This document shows positions 13,917 through 25,897 of a DNA stretch of 64,000 nucleotides, piece by piece. Below the pieces are notes generated by a model. That model was not told the DNA's origin. It saw only the letters and a list, made by a program, of their open reading frames with translations, and searched no databases. The DNA lies in contig NC_043009.1 in assembly GCF_006345805.1 (NCBI RefSeq), positions 12,090,001 through 12,154,000 of the forward strand, written 5' to 3'. This DNA is from Octopus sinensis. Its lineage: Eukaryota. Each line of letters opens with the position of its first letter. Position 1 is the stretch's first letter. Made by a program: the position numbers and the translations under genes.

Positions 13917-14059
13917 GTATACACAAACACACGCACACATCAATACACACATATATATATTCAGGGATTCTTTGAAATTCCGGAGTTTATTTTGTGCATG
14001 ACTTTGCCAGTTTCGTAGAGCTTGTTTGGAGTTGTTCTACACCATCCCTTTTCTGTTGG

Positions 14060-14520
14060 TATTTCATACTTTTGGAATATCTAAATTCAGATTCTTTCAT
14101 GTCTGTGGATCTGTGGATATATTATTTCTTGGCCAAGACTGAGTAGCTAGATACAATGTTGTTAATTGCTTACTCTTCATTTCCACGTATTCTTCACTTA
14201 ATGTATTTTGCTTCATTATATGCTTTTGGTGGTTTCTGGTGAGGAAGCGTTGATCCAGTGTTGCAGACAAGCACCGTTCTGTTACTGCTTTGAGTCCAGT
14301 GTTTCTCAAGCAGTGTTCAAATTTTCCTTTTGCTACTTCCTCTCTGTTTAGCTTTTGCAAGATTTGGCCATGCAAGTGCTTTTCTTGCCATCGATGGCAT
14401 TCTTGCTGCCCCAATTTTAGCTCAGATTTTAGCTACTTGGATTTCTGTTGTTTCTCCTTTTTCTTCCTAGCTATATCTTATCATTTCCGTCTATTTTGCA
14501 TTGGTTGTTTCCTTGAAAAC
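14060..14520 (-). mobile_element. R4/Dong-type C-terminal fragment
   Basis: WQEKHLHGQIL...GLKAVTE...DQRFLTRNHQKHI, then INNIVSSYSVLAKK.YIHR across a frameshift. Confidence 0.65.
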
Positions 14521-15499
14521 TGAAAACAATTTGTTTCGCATATGTTTCGTAACTATCTATTTTAATTTTCCCACGATTATATTCTTACAATTTCTAGAAA
14601 CAGACACCAAATAAAGGAAGGCCAAGCACAGAGGAAAACACTTTTACGGAATTGCTTTTCTATGTAGTACAAGTCACTTTGCAGATTCCAAATTAGGATA
14701 TTTCCAGTTTCTTTTTAGCAGCAGAAGACTTACATTAACGACACACAAATAATAAATCATTGTGGTGGTTTTGCGGCTTTCGTTATACAATAGGGACTCC
14801 GAAGTTTACATTTTTCCTTGTCCCTTTGTCCATTGCCGTAGGGACTCTATATAGATTTTACATTCTTTAAGGGAAACCAATGACTTACCTTGCTCTAAAA
14901 ATATTTTCTTGACTTTTCCGTAATGTATTCGCCAACGACACTTTTGGAAGGCGAAAATTTGCTCTTCGTGATGAATGCATATTTTCTTCTTTATCTTTCC
15001 CAAAATAGTTTTTAAAAAATCGATTGTGAAATCTAAGACAGAAGTTTAAATTTAGGTATGAAATATAGTTTCCACTAATAACATAGAAGTGTAAAATATG
15101 TCGAAAATCCCTGCCGCAATAATGTCAACAAATATTTTAGCAATGTTCAGTGGTTCAGTTGTGTCATCTAATGTGGCATCTCCAGTCGGCCAAGTTGCTG
15201 AGTTTCAATGTATTATGACCTCTGACTCAATATAACTTAACTCAACTCAACTCCCAACTTTCATTTGGATCCGAATCGAAAAAATAACCCTGTACATTAT
15301 ATTGGAGTAATATGATAATATGGCAGTAACCAGTTATTTGTAAAAGTAGTGCCAATCAGGTAAAACCAATGTAAGTTTTGGATTCAGCACCTACAAATTA
15401 TTGTAAATTCATTTGAATACTGTTGGTGATTTAAATGTCTTTGTCTTTTGTTGGCCAGTAATATCGCTAAAAAATGTTCTGACGTCGGAAGAAAGCAGC

Positions 15500-16850
15500 T
15501 AAAAGAAACACAAAGAACAAGAAATTTAAAGGCAATTAATCAGCAGTTTACAGATGTTTGAGCGGGAAAGAATAGATAAAATAGAAGCGCTTTCTAAAGA
15601 AAATACAAATTATTTCATGAGAAAATCTGTAAAGAGTCAATAGGGTTTTGTTAAAGTGTGAAGTGGATAAGAGAAGCCCAGAAGAGATATCACGGCTATA
15701 ATGTGCCCAAAGCAGTAAGAATCATTTACAAAACCTTCGAACAAGTGATTCAAAACCCCTAGGATAAGAAAGCGGCAAGGAGAGAGTTGGTTGTCGGAAA
15801 CAGATAGAAAAAGGAATGAAAGACAACACCTTCTATCGGATGTATCTTAGCGACAGTTACCAGCAGGATTTCAAACAAGACATAACCGTACTAAATAGGT
15901 AAATACCAGCTAATTCCATCCTAGAATGTTACGTATGAATCTTTTTTCTCAAGAATGGTTCTGATAATGGTTCTATCACAACTGAACGAGTACTTGAAAA
16001 GAAAAAAGTTCGAGGAAAGTACGGAACCACACTTGATCAATAAAACTGTGGCGTCAGCGGTACAGCGGTACAGGAGAAATTTAGTGTCCGATTGACCGTT
16101 TTACAAGAGAGCAGTCGCTTATGTTCTTCTGTTCAAGATGCTAGAGTCTCTTTTATTTGCTATGGGAAATTACTATTATCAAAGCCTTAAACAATGCGAC
16201 ATCGACCTGTGTCACTATTCTGAAATGAAAGTAATGGTTTTATCGGAGAGATCGATTTCAAGGCGACAGTCTCTCTATGATGGGTATTCCAATAAAATCT
16301 TAATTCCTTTTGTAAAGGCAATCTGAAAACTCACTATTGGATGAGAAGACAGCAACGAAAGCCTTTTTCTTGGATGATCTGAAAGTATGCTGGAAATGTA
16401 AATGGTGTGAAGAAAAACCTTAATTTGGTTACAAACATTCTCCAAAGATATACGAATTGAATTTGACTGATTGCTTTTATTTCAATGTAAAAAAAAAAAA
16501 ATCAGAAGCCTCTAAGGGCTCGACGAAAATATTTACTATGATGGTACCACTCACTAAAAACGAGTAATCAGTAAATATAATACCAGCACAGAGAATATAT
16601 AGACCGCTGAGTTTCTGCATTTAGTCATCAATAGCCAACAATGAGATTGCTGTAAAAGTACTGATACCAAACTTTACGCTACAACATAGGATACAACATA
16701 ACATCTGGTCTGTTGCTGTTAAAACTCGAAATTTGTTAGACCGTATCAGGAATTTCCTCAGCAACGGGGATGTAGAACACTTATAAGAGTGACGAAAGGA
16801 TGGCGGCTGGCTGTGGAATAACATAGATTCAAAGATCATTTGCATGTCGC
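15500..16850 (+). mobile_element. Heavily decayed R4/Dong-type RT remnant
   Basis: FQGDSLS (~16255), FFLDDLKVY (~16365), FSKDIRIEF and AVKTRNLL motifs across frameshifts. Confidence 0.65.
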
Positions 16851-17235
16851 ATCATATTTCTTCATCAGGCTTTTACTAAACACCAAATGTTGACGTTCAG
16901 CCGCGGAACAAATCTGTATATATGAAGCAGACAACATCATGAGATTGGAAAAGGAGATTTTCAGCAAGCATTCTGTGACTGATGACCCTACGTGTGTGTT
17001 TTGGGTGTGTGTTTGTGTTTGTGTGTGTGTGTGTTTTGTGAATAAGCCAACGAAGGCCCCACTTAATAGTAGTTACACCTGACAGGAAATAACAAATATA
17101 TTGACCTCAAATCACAGCCTGCTACCTTATTTGTATAATTATGACCTGACGACACATCTGGATTGTAGCTAAGTCTGATATAGAAATTATTCCCAAAACA
17201 AACTCATCTTGCTTACAAAATGTGTATGCTCGTAC

Positions 17236-17670
17236 ATGTATGTATGTATGTATGTATGTATGTATGTATGTATGTATGTATGTATGTATGTATGTATGTA
17301 TGTATGTATGTATGTATGCATGCATGTATGTATGTATGTATGTATGTATGTATGTATGTATGTATGTATGTATGTATGTATGTATGTATGTATGTCATTA
17401 TTCAGTTTTATTTCAAGACTTCTAGCCAATAGAGAAAGAGCCGGATTCTAGCCTAATTCCAAGTCTCTTTCATTGAAATTTCAACATCAACAGGGTATTT
17501 TTGCATGTACATCTGTATAAATGTAGCATTTGGAGTCAGTGTATGTATGTATGTATGTATGCATGCATGCATGTATGTATGTATGTATGTATGTATGTAT
17601 GTATGTATGTACGCACGAACGCACGCACGCACGGACGGGCGGACGGACGGACGGACGGACGGATGGATGT
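17236..17670. repeat. (TATG)n arrays and (GGAC)n
   Basis: Direct inspection. Confidence 0.95.
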
Positions 17671-18010
17671 ACGTATGATCATCTATGGTGTCCAAACGCT
17701 ATACTCGAGCATCAAGAAATATCTCTGTACATTATATTATACACATCCAGCAAAACAAGTTAAATCAATCTTTCTCATTTAACACCAAAATCATCGACAC
17801 GCCGCATATATGTACATATCTAAATTCATGTGTTTATACATGTACGCACACACGCCACCCCCCTAAAATGCTTGAATGTATGTTTGCATGTGTCAGTCTG
17901 AATGCATGTGCTTTTGATTTCAACTGTTTAGATGACTGTGTGTGCCAAATGTGATTTTAAGTAATAAATTAATTGAAAATCAAACCGTAATTTTGGTCGG
18001 TTAAATCACA

Positions 18011-18026
18011 ATTATGACGTCATAAT
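18011..18026. promoter_or_regulatory. CRE-type (TGACGTCA) site in a perfect 16-bp palindrome upstream of gene A
   Basis: ATTATGACGTCATAAT ~150 bp before the ATG; followed by Inr-like TCATTC at ~18057; identical upstream of gene B. Confidence 0.55.
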
Positions 18027-18178
18027 ACTGAAGTCAGAAAAACGCGATATTTTCCCTCATTCATTTGCGATACTTTGGCCATTGCTAACAGTTAACTTCT
18101 TGTAGGTTACTATTACAATCCATTGATTTGCGTTAATATATTTGCTAATAGCTTGTTTGTTTTAATAGATATCACCAA

Positions 18179-18407
18179 ATGTCCGACGTTCTACACCGCC
18201 CGGGCTTCCGTAAACGACTTCGTAAAGGAGCTCGAAACTTTTTCTCAAGATTAATACCCTGCGTACGACGACCGAAACTTGAAGACCCTTTGGAAGATGA
18301 CACAGATTTTTCTTCACCGTTATCATCAGACATCTCCTTGATGACAACTACAGAAGAAGATTTCCCGAGAAATCTCAATCAATCTGCTATAATTCCTCGT
18401 TGTGAGG
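18179..18407 (+). CDS. Gene A (unknown, lineage-specific-looking protein, 162 aa) coding exon 1
   Basis: ATG 18179; [76 protein letters not shown]; donor GAGG|gtgagt, phase 1; paralogous exon at 30195. Confidence 0.85.
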
Positions 18408-18951
18408 GTGAGTTTTGCTAAAAGTGTTTAAAATATATGCATAACACAAATGAGTTTTGTATTGTTTAATGTCTCTCTATATCAACCTATTTTTCTATCT
18501 ATCTGATTATGTATTTATCAATCTCACACATCTCTCAGTTTCTCTATTTCTCTTTATGTTGCTATAAGTTATTCAACAAGATTTCTATGTAGTCAAACTT
18601 AGACAAGTTATTCAACAAGATTTTCTAACATATCGCCGGTTGACACATGCATATATACCTACATAAGAACAATTAGACAGCTTAAGGCCGGTAAGAAAAT
18701 ATAACAGTAGGTCAGTTGAGTATTAAAGAACAGACAAAGGAGATCATTGGTAGACCCTTATCCGGGATCAATATCGACAGGAAGAGCTGTTCGTTAGACT
18801 TCAGAAAGTCAGATAACAGTCGACTGAATTTAATCCTTGTACGTATGTGTGTGTGTGTATACATACATACATAGTATGGCCGCGGCCATAGTGTGTGTAT
18901 ACATAGCATGGCTGCGGCCTTCGGGCTTAAACATTTTTAAGGATTTTAAGG

Positions 18952-19028
<77 letters not shown>

Positions 19029-19584
19029 GACCTTCGAAACACGGAGTAGACGAAGCAGGGGCAGCTGAAGAAGGGGAATATTCCTTGTGTTGTATGTCTT
19101 GTACTCTGTCTTTTCGTTGTTTGAAAAAAGTCCGTTTCCGTGGTTTTGTTTTTATGTTTTCGTTTCTCATTGTGTTCCACGTTTGTTTGGTGTCCTGTAC
19201 TTATATATGCATGTATATATACATATAGATGTAGGTATGTATATATATGTATGTATATATATGCATATGTTTTATTTATTATTTTGTTATGTGTAACTGG
19301 CATACACGTGTGTTACTTTGTAAATGACTGAGTGTGTCTGTCTGTGTGTGTGTAAGCCAGAAGCTGATGCTATGATTTGAGCCATGTTTTATAAGTATAC
19401 AATATATCTCATTCAAATAACACCTTTCCGTCCTATCTGTGTAAATATGTACGACAATGTGACGTAAAAAATCTGAGCGGGGCTAAACTTGCTAGATATA
19501 GCAACCAAAATCGCCCTCAAACTTCATCAGCTTCACTCACACATACATGTACGATTTCCATAATTATATTTGTATTGGTTTCAG

Positions 19585-19632
19585 ATTTTACCCCTATTGA
19601 CTACGACCAGTTTGAGCGAACATCTTGTCCAG
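19585..19632 (+). CDS. Gene A coding exon 2 (48 nt, phase 1-1)
   Basis: ttggtttcag|ATTTTACC...TGTCCAG|gtaaat; encodes DFTPIDYDQFERTSCP; same length and splice context as 31738-31785. Confidence 0.8.
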
Positions 19633-19799
19633 GTAAATATTCGACCTTCTTAAACTTCAGTTAACAAATTAATATACTCTGTTATGCATTAATATATATT
19701 TTCCTGTGTTGGTAAGAGAGTCTGAGTTATCTTTTCTTTTCGTATTTTTTGTTTTTGTTTGTAGTAATAGTTTTATCCATTGTCTGTTTTCTTTTCCAG

Positions 19800-19859
19800 A
19801 CTTACCCTCGATCGACACCGATTCCTTTGATGAAGAATTTCACGAACCATCAGAGTTTG
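19800..19859 (+). CDS. Gene A coding exon 3 (60 nt, phase 1-1)
   Basis: cttttccag|ACTTACCC...GAGTTTG|gtaagt; encodes DLPSIDTDSFDEEFHEPSEF; paralog 31964-32023. Confidence 0.85.
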
Positions 19860-20274
19860 GTAAGTTATTAATGCATTTTATCATTTTTTTACTATATATT
19901 ATAAACTACCTACTCGATTGTTTTGCATTTTCTGAATATTTAAATATGGTACATAGACATAGAGGATCGCGGTTTCGATTCCCAGACCGGGCGTTGTGTG
20001 TGTTTATTGAGCGAAAACACGACTACCGTAGCATGGCCGACTCAATCATGAATGTAATACCGCCAAGTACTATTTGAGAACAAACTTACAGCTTGTAGTG
20101 AATGATCGGGATATATCTATGCCTTGATAACTTAATGTCGTTGCGATACATATGTTCATGCATACATACTTTTCTCAAAATCCCTTTTCCATGTTTCTTT
20201 TTGTGTATAACATGAATTCTTATTTATTTGTTACTTTATTTATTTATTCATTTTATTTATTTGTTACTACATAG

Positions 20275-20426
20275 ATGATGGTAGCCAGACCGAAGAGGTC
20301 CCACCTTGTATTCCACTTATTGTATCCGACATCTTCATGCAAGCCAGTTCCGGTTTGCATCAAGTAGTACAGATCATCGTTTATTCTGTAAATGGTCATG
20401 TGACCATGTCCGTAAAACTTGGCTAG
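20275..20426 (+). CDS. Gene A coding exon 4 (stop TAG 20424-20426; exon continues to donor at 20431)
   Basis: tacatag|ATGATGG...CTTGGCTAGATCAG|gtaggt; encodes DDGSQTEEVPPCIPLIVSDIFMQASSGLHQVVQIIVYSVNGHVTMSVKLG*; spliced CDS 229+48+60+152=489 nt stays in frame. Confidence 0.85.
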
Positions 20427-20575
20427 ATCAGGTAGGTCATGATTGCATGTTTTGCAGTTTTAAAACACTACGATAAACTATTTAATTAGATATTATTTAT
20501 TCATCGATATGTTATATATATACATACAGGTATGGTGTCATTTTCATTTTTCTTTTTTTTTTGTTGTGGTTTCAG

Positions 20576-20885
20576 ATATGCCAAACACTTTGACCGCTGT
20601 GAAAATTGTACAGAGAAGCTGCCATACCTATACAGCACAAAACACTTGTCCTACGTTCCATTGAACCTGGAAATTCAGCGGAAATCCATAGGAGAACCGC
20701 TATACAGAAGAACACCATCAGAGTTATCCGGCCCCGGGTGCCAAATATGAAGAACACCCTCACCCTTTTTTGCTAAAGTGAAAAAATTTCGTAAATAAAA
20801 AAGAAAAAGGGATGCAACTATCGAGAGATAACCAAATGACTGAAAATTTATGGATAGTTTTTGTAATAAAAGATTAAAAATCATA
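20576..20885 (+). other. Gene A terminal (3' UTR) exon 5
   Basis: polypyrimidine tract + tttcag|ATATGCC; AATAAA at 20794 and 20865; homologous exons at 23870 and 33641; 3' end approximate. Confidence 0.7.
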
Positions 20886-21033
20886 TTCTTTTTATATTCA
20901 TTAAATATTACTCGCGGGAAAATAGCATCCGGATGGATACCAGTTAACTACTATAGATTTTGTATTATTTCATATTTTTGGATATGGAGGATTTCACCTA
21001 TGATATGCCATTTCCTAAGGTAAATTATTGGGG

Positions 21034-21103
<70 letters not shown>

Positions 21104-21140
21104 GCGCACACTTATGCACACGCACACAAACACAATAAGT

Positions 21141-21572
21141 CGGCGAGCTGGCAGAAACGTTAGCACGCCGGGCGTAATGCGTAGCCGTATTTTGTCTGCC
21201 GTTACGTTCTGAGTTCAAATTCCGCCAAGGTCGACTTTGCATTTCATCCTTTCGGGGTCGATAAATTAAGTACCAGTTACACACTGGGATCGATATAATC
21301 GACTTAACCCGTTTGTCTGTCCTTGTTTGTCCTCTCTGTGTTTAGCCCCTTGTGGGTAGTAAAGAAATAGGTAGTTCTGTGTTCAAATTCTGCCGAGGTC
21401 GACTTTGTCTTTCATCCTTTCGGGGTCGATAAATAAGTACAAGTGTTTCACTGGGGTCAATGTAATCGACTAAATCCCTTTGTCTGTCTTTGTTTGTCCC
21501 CGCTATGTTTAGCCTCTTGTGGGTAGTAAAGAAATAGGGATTTCGTTTGCCGTTACGTTCTGAGTTCAAATT
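21141..21572 (+). mobile_element. SINE-B multimer
   Basis: Head+body, second body, start of a third. Confidence 0.85.
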
Positions 21573-22099
21573 TCAAAAATTAGATTTTTATGGGCCCTAA
21601 AAGGTTGAAAGGCAGAGGCAAGCTTGACGAAATCTAAACTCAGAATGTAAAAAGGGACGAAATGCCGCTGAGCTTTTTGCCTGGCGTGCAAATATTAGCA
21701 GCAGAAAAAGGGTATTCGAAAGGATCTCTGTCAGTTACCATAGTTTCTGCATTATTTCGCGTTTCCTGACGTGAAAAAATACACATCGAACAGGTAATTC
21801 TTAATGTAAGTTGCTTGGGAGTATACACACACACACAGACAACACACACACACACACATACACACAGACGCACACACACAGACACAGACACACACAGCAT
21901 GCGCGCGCGTACCCACATCTATGTTTAAAAATGTTTTCAAACACATCGTTCTTAATATTTTTATACTAAGTTGTATTGGAAGATCCATGGTTGCAACCTC
22001 GTAACACTTCCAAGGCAAAACACTTTAAAAACGATTTGATAGTTGTTACAATTATATTACTGCTATAATTAGACGAAGAGAGACCGCACAATAAATGTG

Positions 22100-23420
22100 T
22101 TCCTCGCTCTTTGAGGGTGTTGACTTGCTGGCTGACAGCTGAGTTGACGAACTGGTAAACTCCGACTCTGTGATTCTGTTACTTTTTCTAGAAGGTTGAT
22201 AAAAGTGCAAAGAATCTTCTCAGAAACCTCAACTAAAAAGTCGATATGCATTTAAGGAAGAGTGAATGCTTTGTAGAGTTTGTTGCGGACAACAATAAAC
22301 GACAGTTTATTTGCTTTGCTACAAGTCTCAGCATTTATATATTAATGCTTATGTACAGCATTCATCCCCGTGCGTTACTATTTAGGTTATAGCTGCTTCA
22401 GTTGGGCCGTACAAAATCCTTTACTTTTTAGAAATAGGCATCAGTCATTAAGAGAAAAATAAATGAGATAGATTATGTACCTTCTAGCTGATTGTGTAAG
22501 GTGTATTTTCGTGATCCCCGTCCTGCTACATAGCAGCCCTCTGACGCTTTTGAGAATAAGCACCAACAATCTACGGAAGCCGCTGATGTAAAATTATTTC
22601 TCTAAATTTTCTTGATAGTTAGGCTTGCATTCTTGCAACGAAATGACTCTCACCTTATACAACAGAGCTCAAAGATATCGGCCACAGCTATACCTATTTC
22701 TTTACTACCCACAAGGGGCTAAACACAGAGAGGACAAACAAGGACAGACAAACGGATTAAGTCGATTATATCGACCCCAGTGCGCAACTGGTACTTATTT
22801 CTGCTGCGAGCTGGCAGAATCGTTAGCACGTTAGTTGAAATGCTTAGCAGTATTTCGTCTGCCGCTACGTTCTAAGTTCAAATTCCGCCGACGTCGACTT
22901 TGCCTTTCATCCTTTCGGGGTCGATTAAATAAGTACCAGTTACGCACTGGGGTCGATGTAATCGACTTAATCCGTGTGTCTGTCCTTTGTTTGCCCGCTC
23001 AATGTTTAGCCCTTTGTGGTTAATAAAGAAACAGGTACTTATTTAATCGACCCCGAAAAGATGATAGGCAAAGTCGACCTCGGCGGATCTTGAACTCAGA
23101 ACGCAACGGCAGACGATATACCGCTAAGCATTTCGCCCGGCGTGCTAACGTTTCTGCCAGCTCATCTAAAATTAACACATATCGAGGTAAAGAGAAAGTC
23201 TTCATGTGGATGACCGACTGAACAGAAATAGTTCCATGTCTCCTTCGTGATACAACCTGTCGGAGCGAAAAATAAGTACCATTGGAAATTGAACGTATAA
23301 CCGTGCCTCTAAAAGTTGATATTGCATTTCCCTTGCAGCACATTTCTGTAAGAAAGTTACCAATATGGTCAATTGCTACGTACAGTACATTATCGTTGTC
23401 TGTTATACAAGCGGCTAGAA
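22100..23420 (-). mobile_element. Possible very decayed piggyBac-like transposase, split by nested SINEs
   Basis: Weak motifs in the expected order (ITDN..., GTVIRS, SVIHM, SSYNL...NA, DFLVEVSEKIL); no TIR/TTAA located. Confidence 0.3.
22692..23162. mobile_element. SINE-B (+, 22801-23033) nested in SINE-B (-)
   Basis: 11-bp TSD GGTACTTATTT at 22790-22800 and 23034-23044. Confidence 0.9.
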
Positions 23421-23765
23421 AATATTTGAAAATATTATTACCTCTCCATTTAGCCAAATGCGTAATGCATACATGGTGGGACCCATGAGAAAGTAATTTA
23501 AAACCTTCAGAATATGTTAATACCAGGAAGTGAGTTGCTGGTGAAATATAACGGAATTCATTTCGGCGGCACCCAGAATAAATGCTACATTCGTATAGTC
23601 AAATAGTAACGGACAACCCGGAGACTCACTTAATGGTAACTATTCCTGACGATAATGAGAAATATACATCACTCATTTACCGCCTTGCTTATGTATGCAA
23701 ATATGCATCTATCCATCGATTTATCTGCCTATCTCTGTCTGTCTGTTTCTCTCTCTCTGCAAAAA

Positions 23766-24330
23766 TTTTGCAGTGTTAAAATACCACTATTTGATCCTAT
23801 GTGATTTATACATCGATATGTTATATATACACACAGGTTTGGTACAATTTTTATCTGCTTTGTTTTCAGATATGTCAAACCCTTTGACCGCTGTGAGGTT
23901 TGAATAGAGAAGCTGCCGTACCTATACAGCACAAAAGACTTGTCCTACGTTCTAATGAACCTGAATATTCAACAGTATAGCTGAACAGCTAAAGAGAACA
24001 CCATCAGAGTTATCCGGCCCAGGGTGCCAAATATGAAGAACAATCTGGCCCTTTTTGTTAAAGTTTAAAAAATTTTCGTAAATAAACGGAAAAGGAGATG
24101 CAACTATCTCGAAGAGATAACCGAATGACTGAAAACTCCTAGACGTATTTTAAATAAAAGATTAAAAATCATATCCTTTTTATTTATTTATTTGAATTAC
24201 TAGCAGAACATAGTATCTGAGGAGGGTGTCTGTTAGTTTTTGTCGTTATATCATTTTATATTTTGGGATCAGAAGAAATATTCTTCCGACATGCCATTAC
24301 CTAAACTTGGGAGATACTTGGGAGTACACA
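23766..24330 (+). pseudogene. Orphan third copy of the gene A/B 3' end (last intron tail + exon 5 + downstream flank)
   Basis: Closely matches 33537-34040 (gene B) incl. ttttcag|ATATGTC and AATAAA; no upstream coding exons found nearby. Confidence 0.7.
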
Positions 24331-24476
24331 CACACACATACGCACGCACGCACACACACGCACACACATACACACACACATACACACACACTCACACAAA
24401 CACAATCTCTCTTACACACTTACTCGCACATACATACACATAATCATAACTGTGTCAAGCGAGAGAGAGAGAGAGG

Positions 24477-24571
<95 letters not shown>

Positions 24572-24583
24572 AGCGAGAGAGAA

Positions 24584-24618
<35 letters not shown>

Positions 24619-24874
24619 AAGTGAAAGGACGTACAAAGGAAATCCTTGATATCGTATTCTTCTATTGGTTCTGTATCTTAAATATAATTTTACATGCACA
24701 CCCATGCGCACACTTGCGTGCACATACACACACACACACACATGGGTGTGTTGTTTGTGTTTTTGTCCATCTTTTATGCGACTACAAATCCAATACCCGC
24801 GCAAACATAATATTTCCTATTTCAATGGGTATAGATGGAGCACATATTTGGATAAAGAGAACAGCATTTTGTTT

Positions 24875-25052
24875 AATTTTTTTAAATTTGTTTAATTTTG
24901 TTTAATTTTGTTTAACTTTTAATTTTTTAAATTTGTTTGATTTTGTTTAATTTTGTTTAACTTTTGTTTAATTTTTCAAATTTGTTTGATTTTGTTTAAT
25001 TTTGTTTAACTTTTGTTTAATTTTTAAATTTGTTTAAATATTGTTTAATTTT
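24875..25052. repeat. AT-rich ~10-bp minisatellite (TTTTGTTTAA)
   Basis: Direct inspection. Confidence 0.85.
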
Positions 25053-25150
25053 TGAAATTCTCTCTTCCAATCGAAGATCTGAAAATTTTAGTGGTCAATT
25101 ATCTCCCTTCTACACTCTCTAGAGAAGAATGAGAGAATGCCAGAGAATGT

Positions 25151-25230
<80 letters not shown>

Positions 25231-25314
25231 AATAACGAGATAGAGGGATTCATGGAATGTTCTTTAAGCATACAATCACAACTCACTTTGAGCCAACCAA
25301 ATACAAAAAAACAA

Positions 25315-25897
25315 CAATGGTTTCAAGTTTTGGCACAAGGCCAGCAATTTCGGGGGAGAGGATAAGACGTATACATCGACCCCAGTGTTCAGCTAATACT
25401 TATTTCATTGACCCCGAAGGGACGAGAGGCAAAGTCGAACTCTGCGGAATTGAACATAGGACTTAAAGGCGGACGAGATGCCGCCGAACGTTTTATTCGG
25501 AGTGCTAACAATTCTGCCAGCTCGCCGTCATAGCAGGGACAAGAATATCAATAAGAACAATATCAACTATTGTTCAACAAGATCAATATCAACTAGATCA
25601 CTATATCAACAAGATCAATGTCAACTATAAAGGCAGCAGTTGGCAGAAACGTCAGCACGCCGGGCGAAATGCGTAGCCGTATTTCGTCTGCCGTTACGTT
25701 CTGAGTTCAAATTCCGCCGAGGTCGACTTTGCCTTTCATATTTTCGGGGTCGATAAATTAAGTACTATTTACGCACTGGGGTTGATGTATTGATGTAATC
25801 GACTTAATCCGTTTGTCTGTCCTTGTTTGTCCCCTCTGTGTTCATCTCCTTGTGGGTAGTAAAGAAATAGGTATTTCGTCTGCCGTTACGTTCTGAG
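25315..25897. mobile_element. Two SINE-B copies (25315-25530 minus with alternative tail; 25630-25897 plus)
   Basis: Consensus matches; the plus copy re-enters the body at the GGTAT junction. Confidence 0.8.

Noticed and set aside
18172-18378. Antisense ORF conserved at 30161-30394
   Set aside because: Shadow of exon 1; its conservation is explained by the near-identical tract
19065-19092. Hammerhead-like CTGAAGA-A-GGGGAA/TTCCTT in gene A intron 1
   Set aside because: The GAAA half of the core is missing; at best a dead relic
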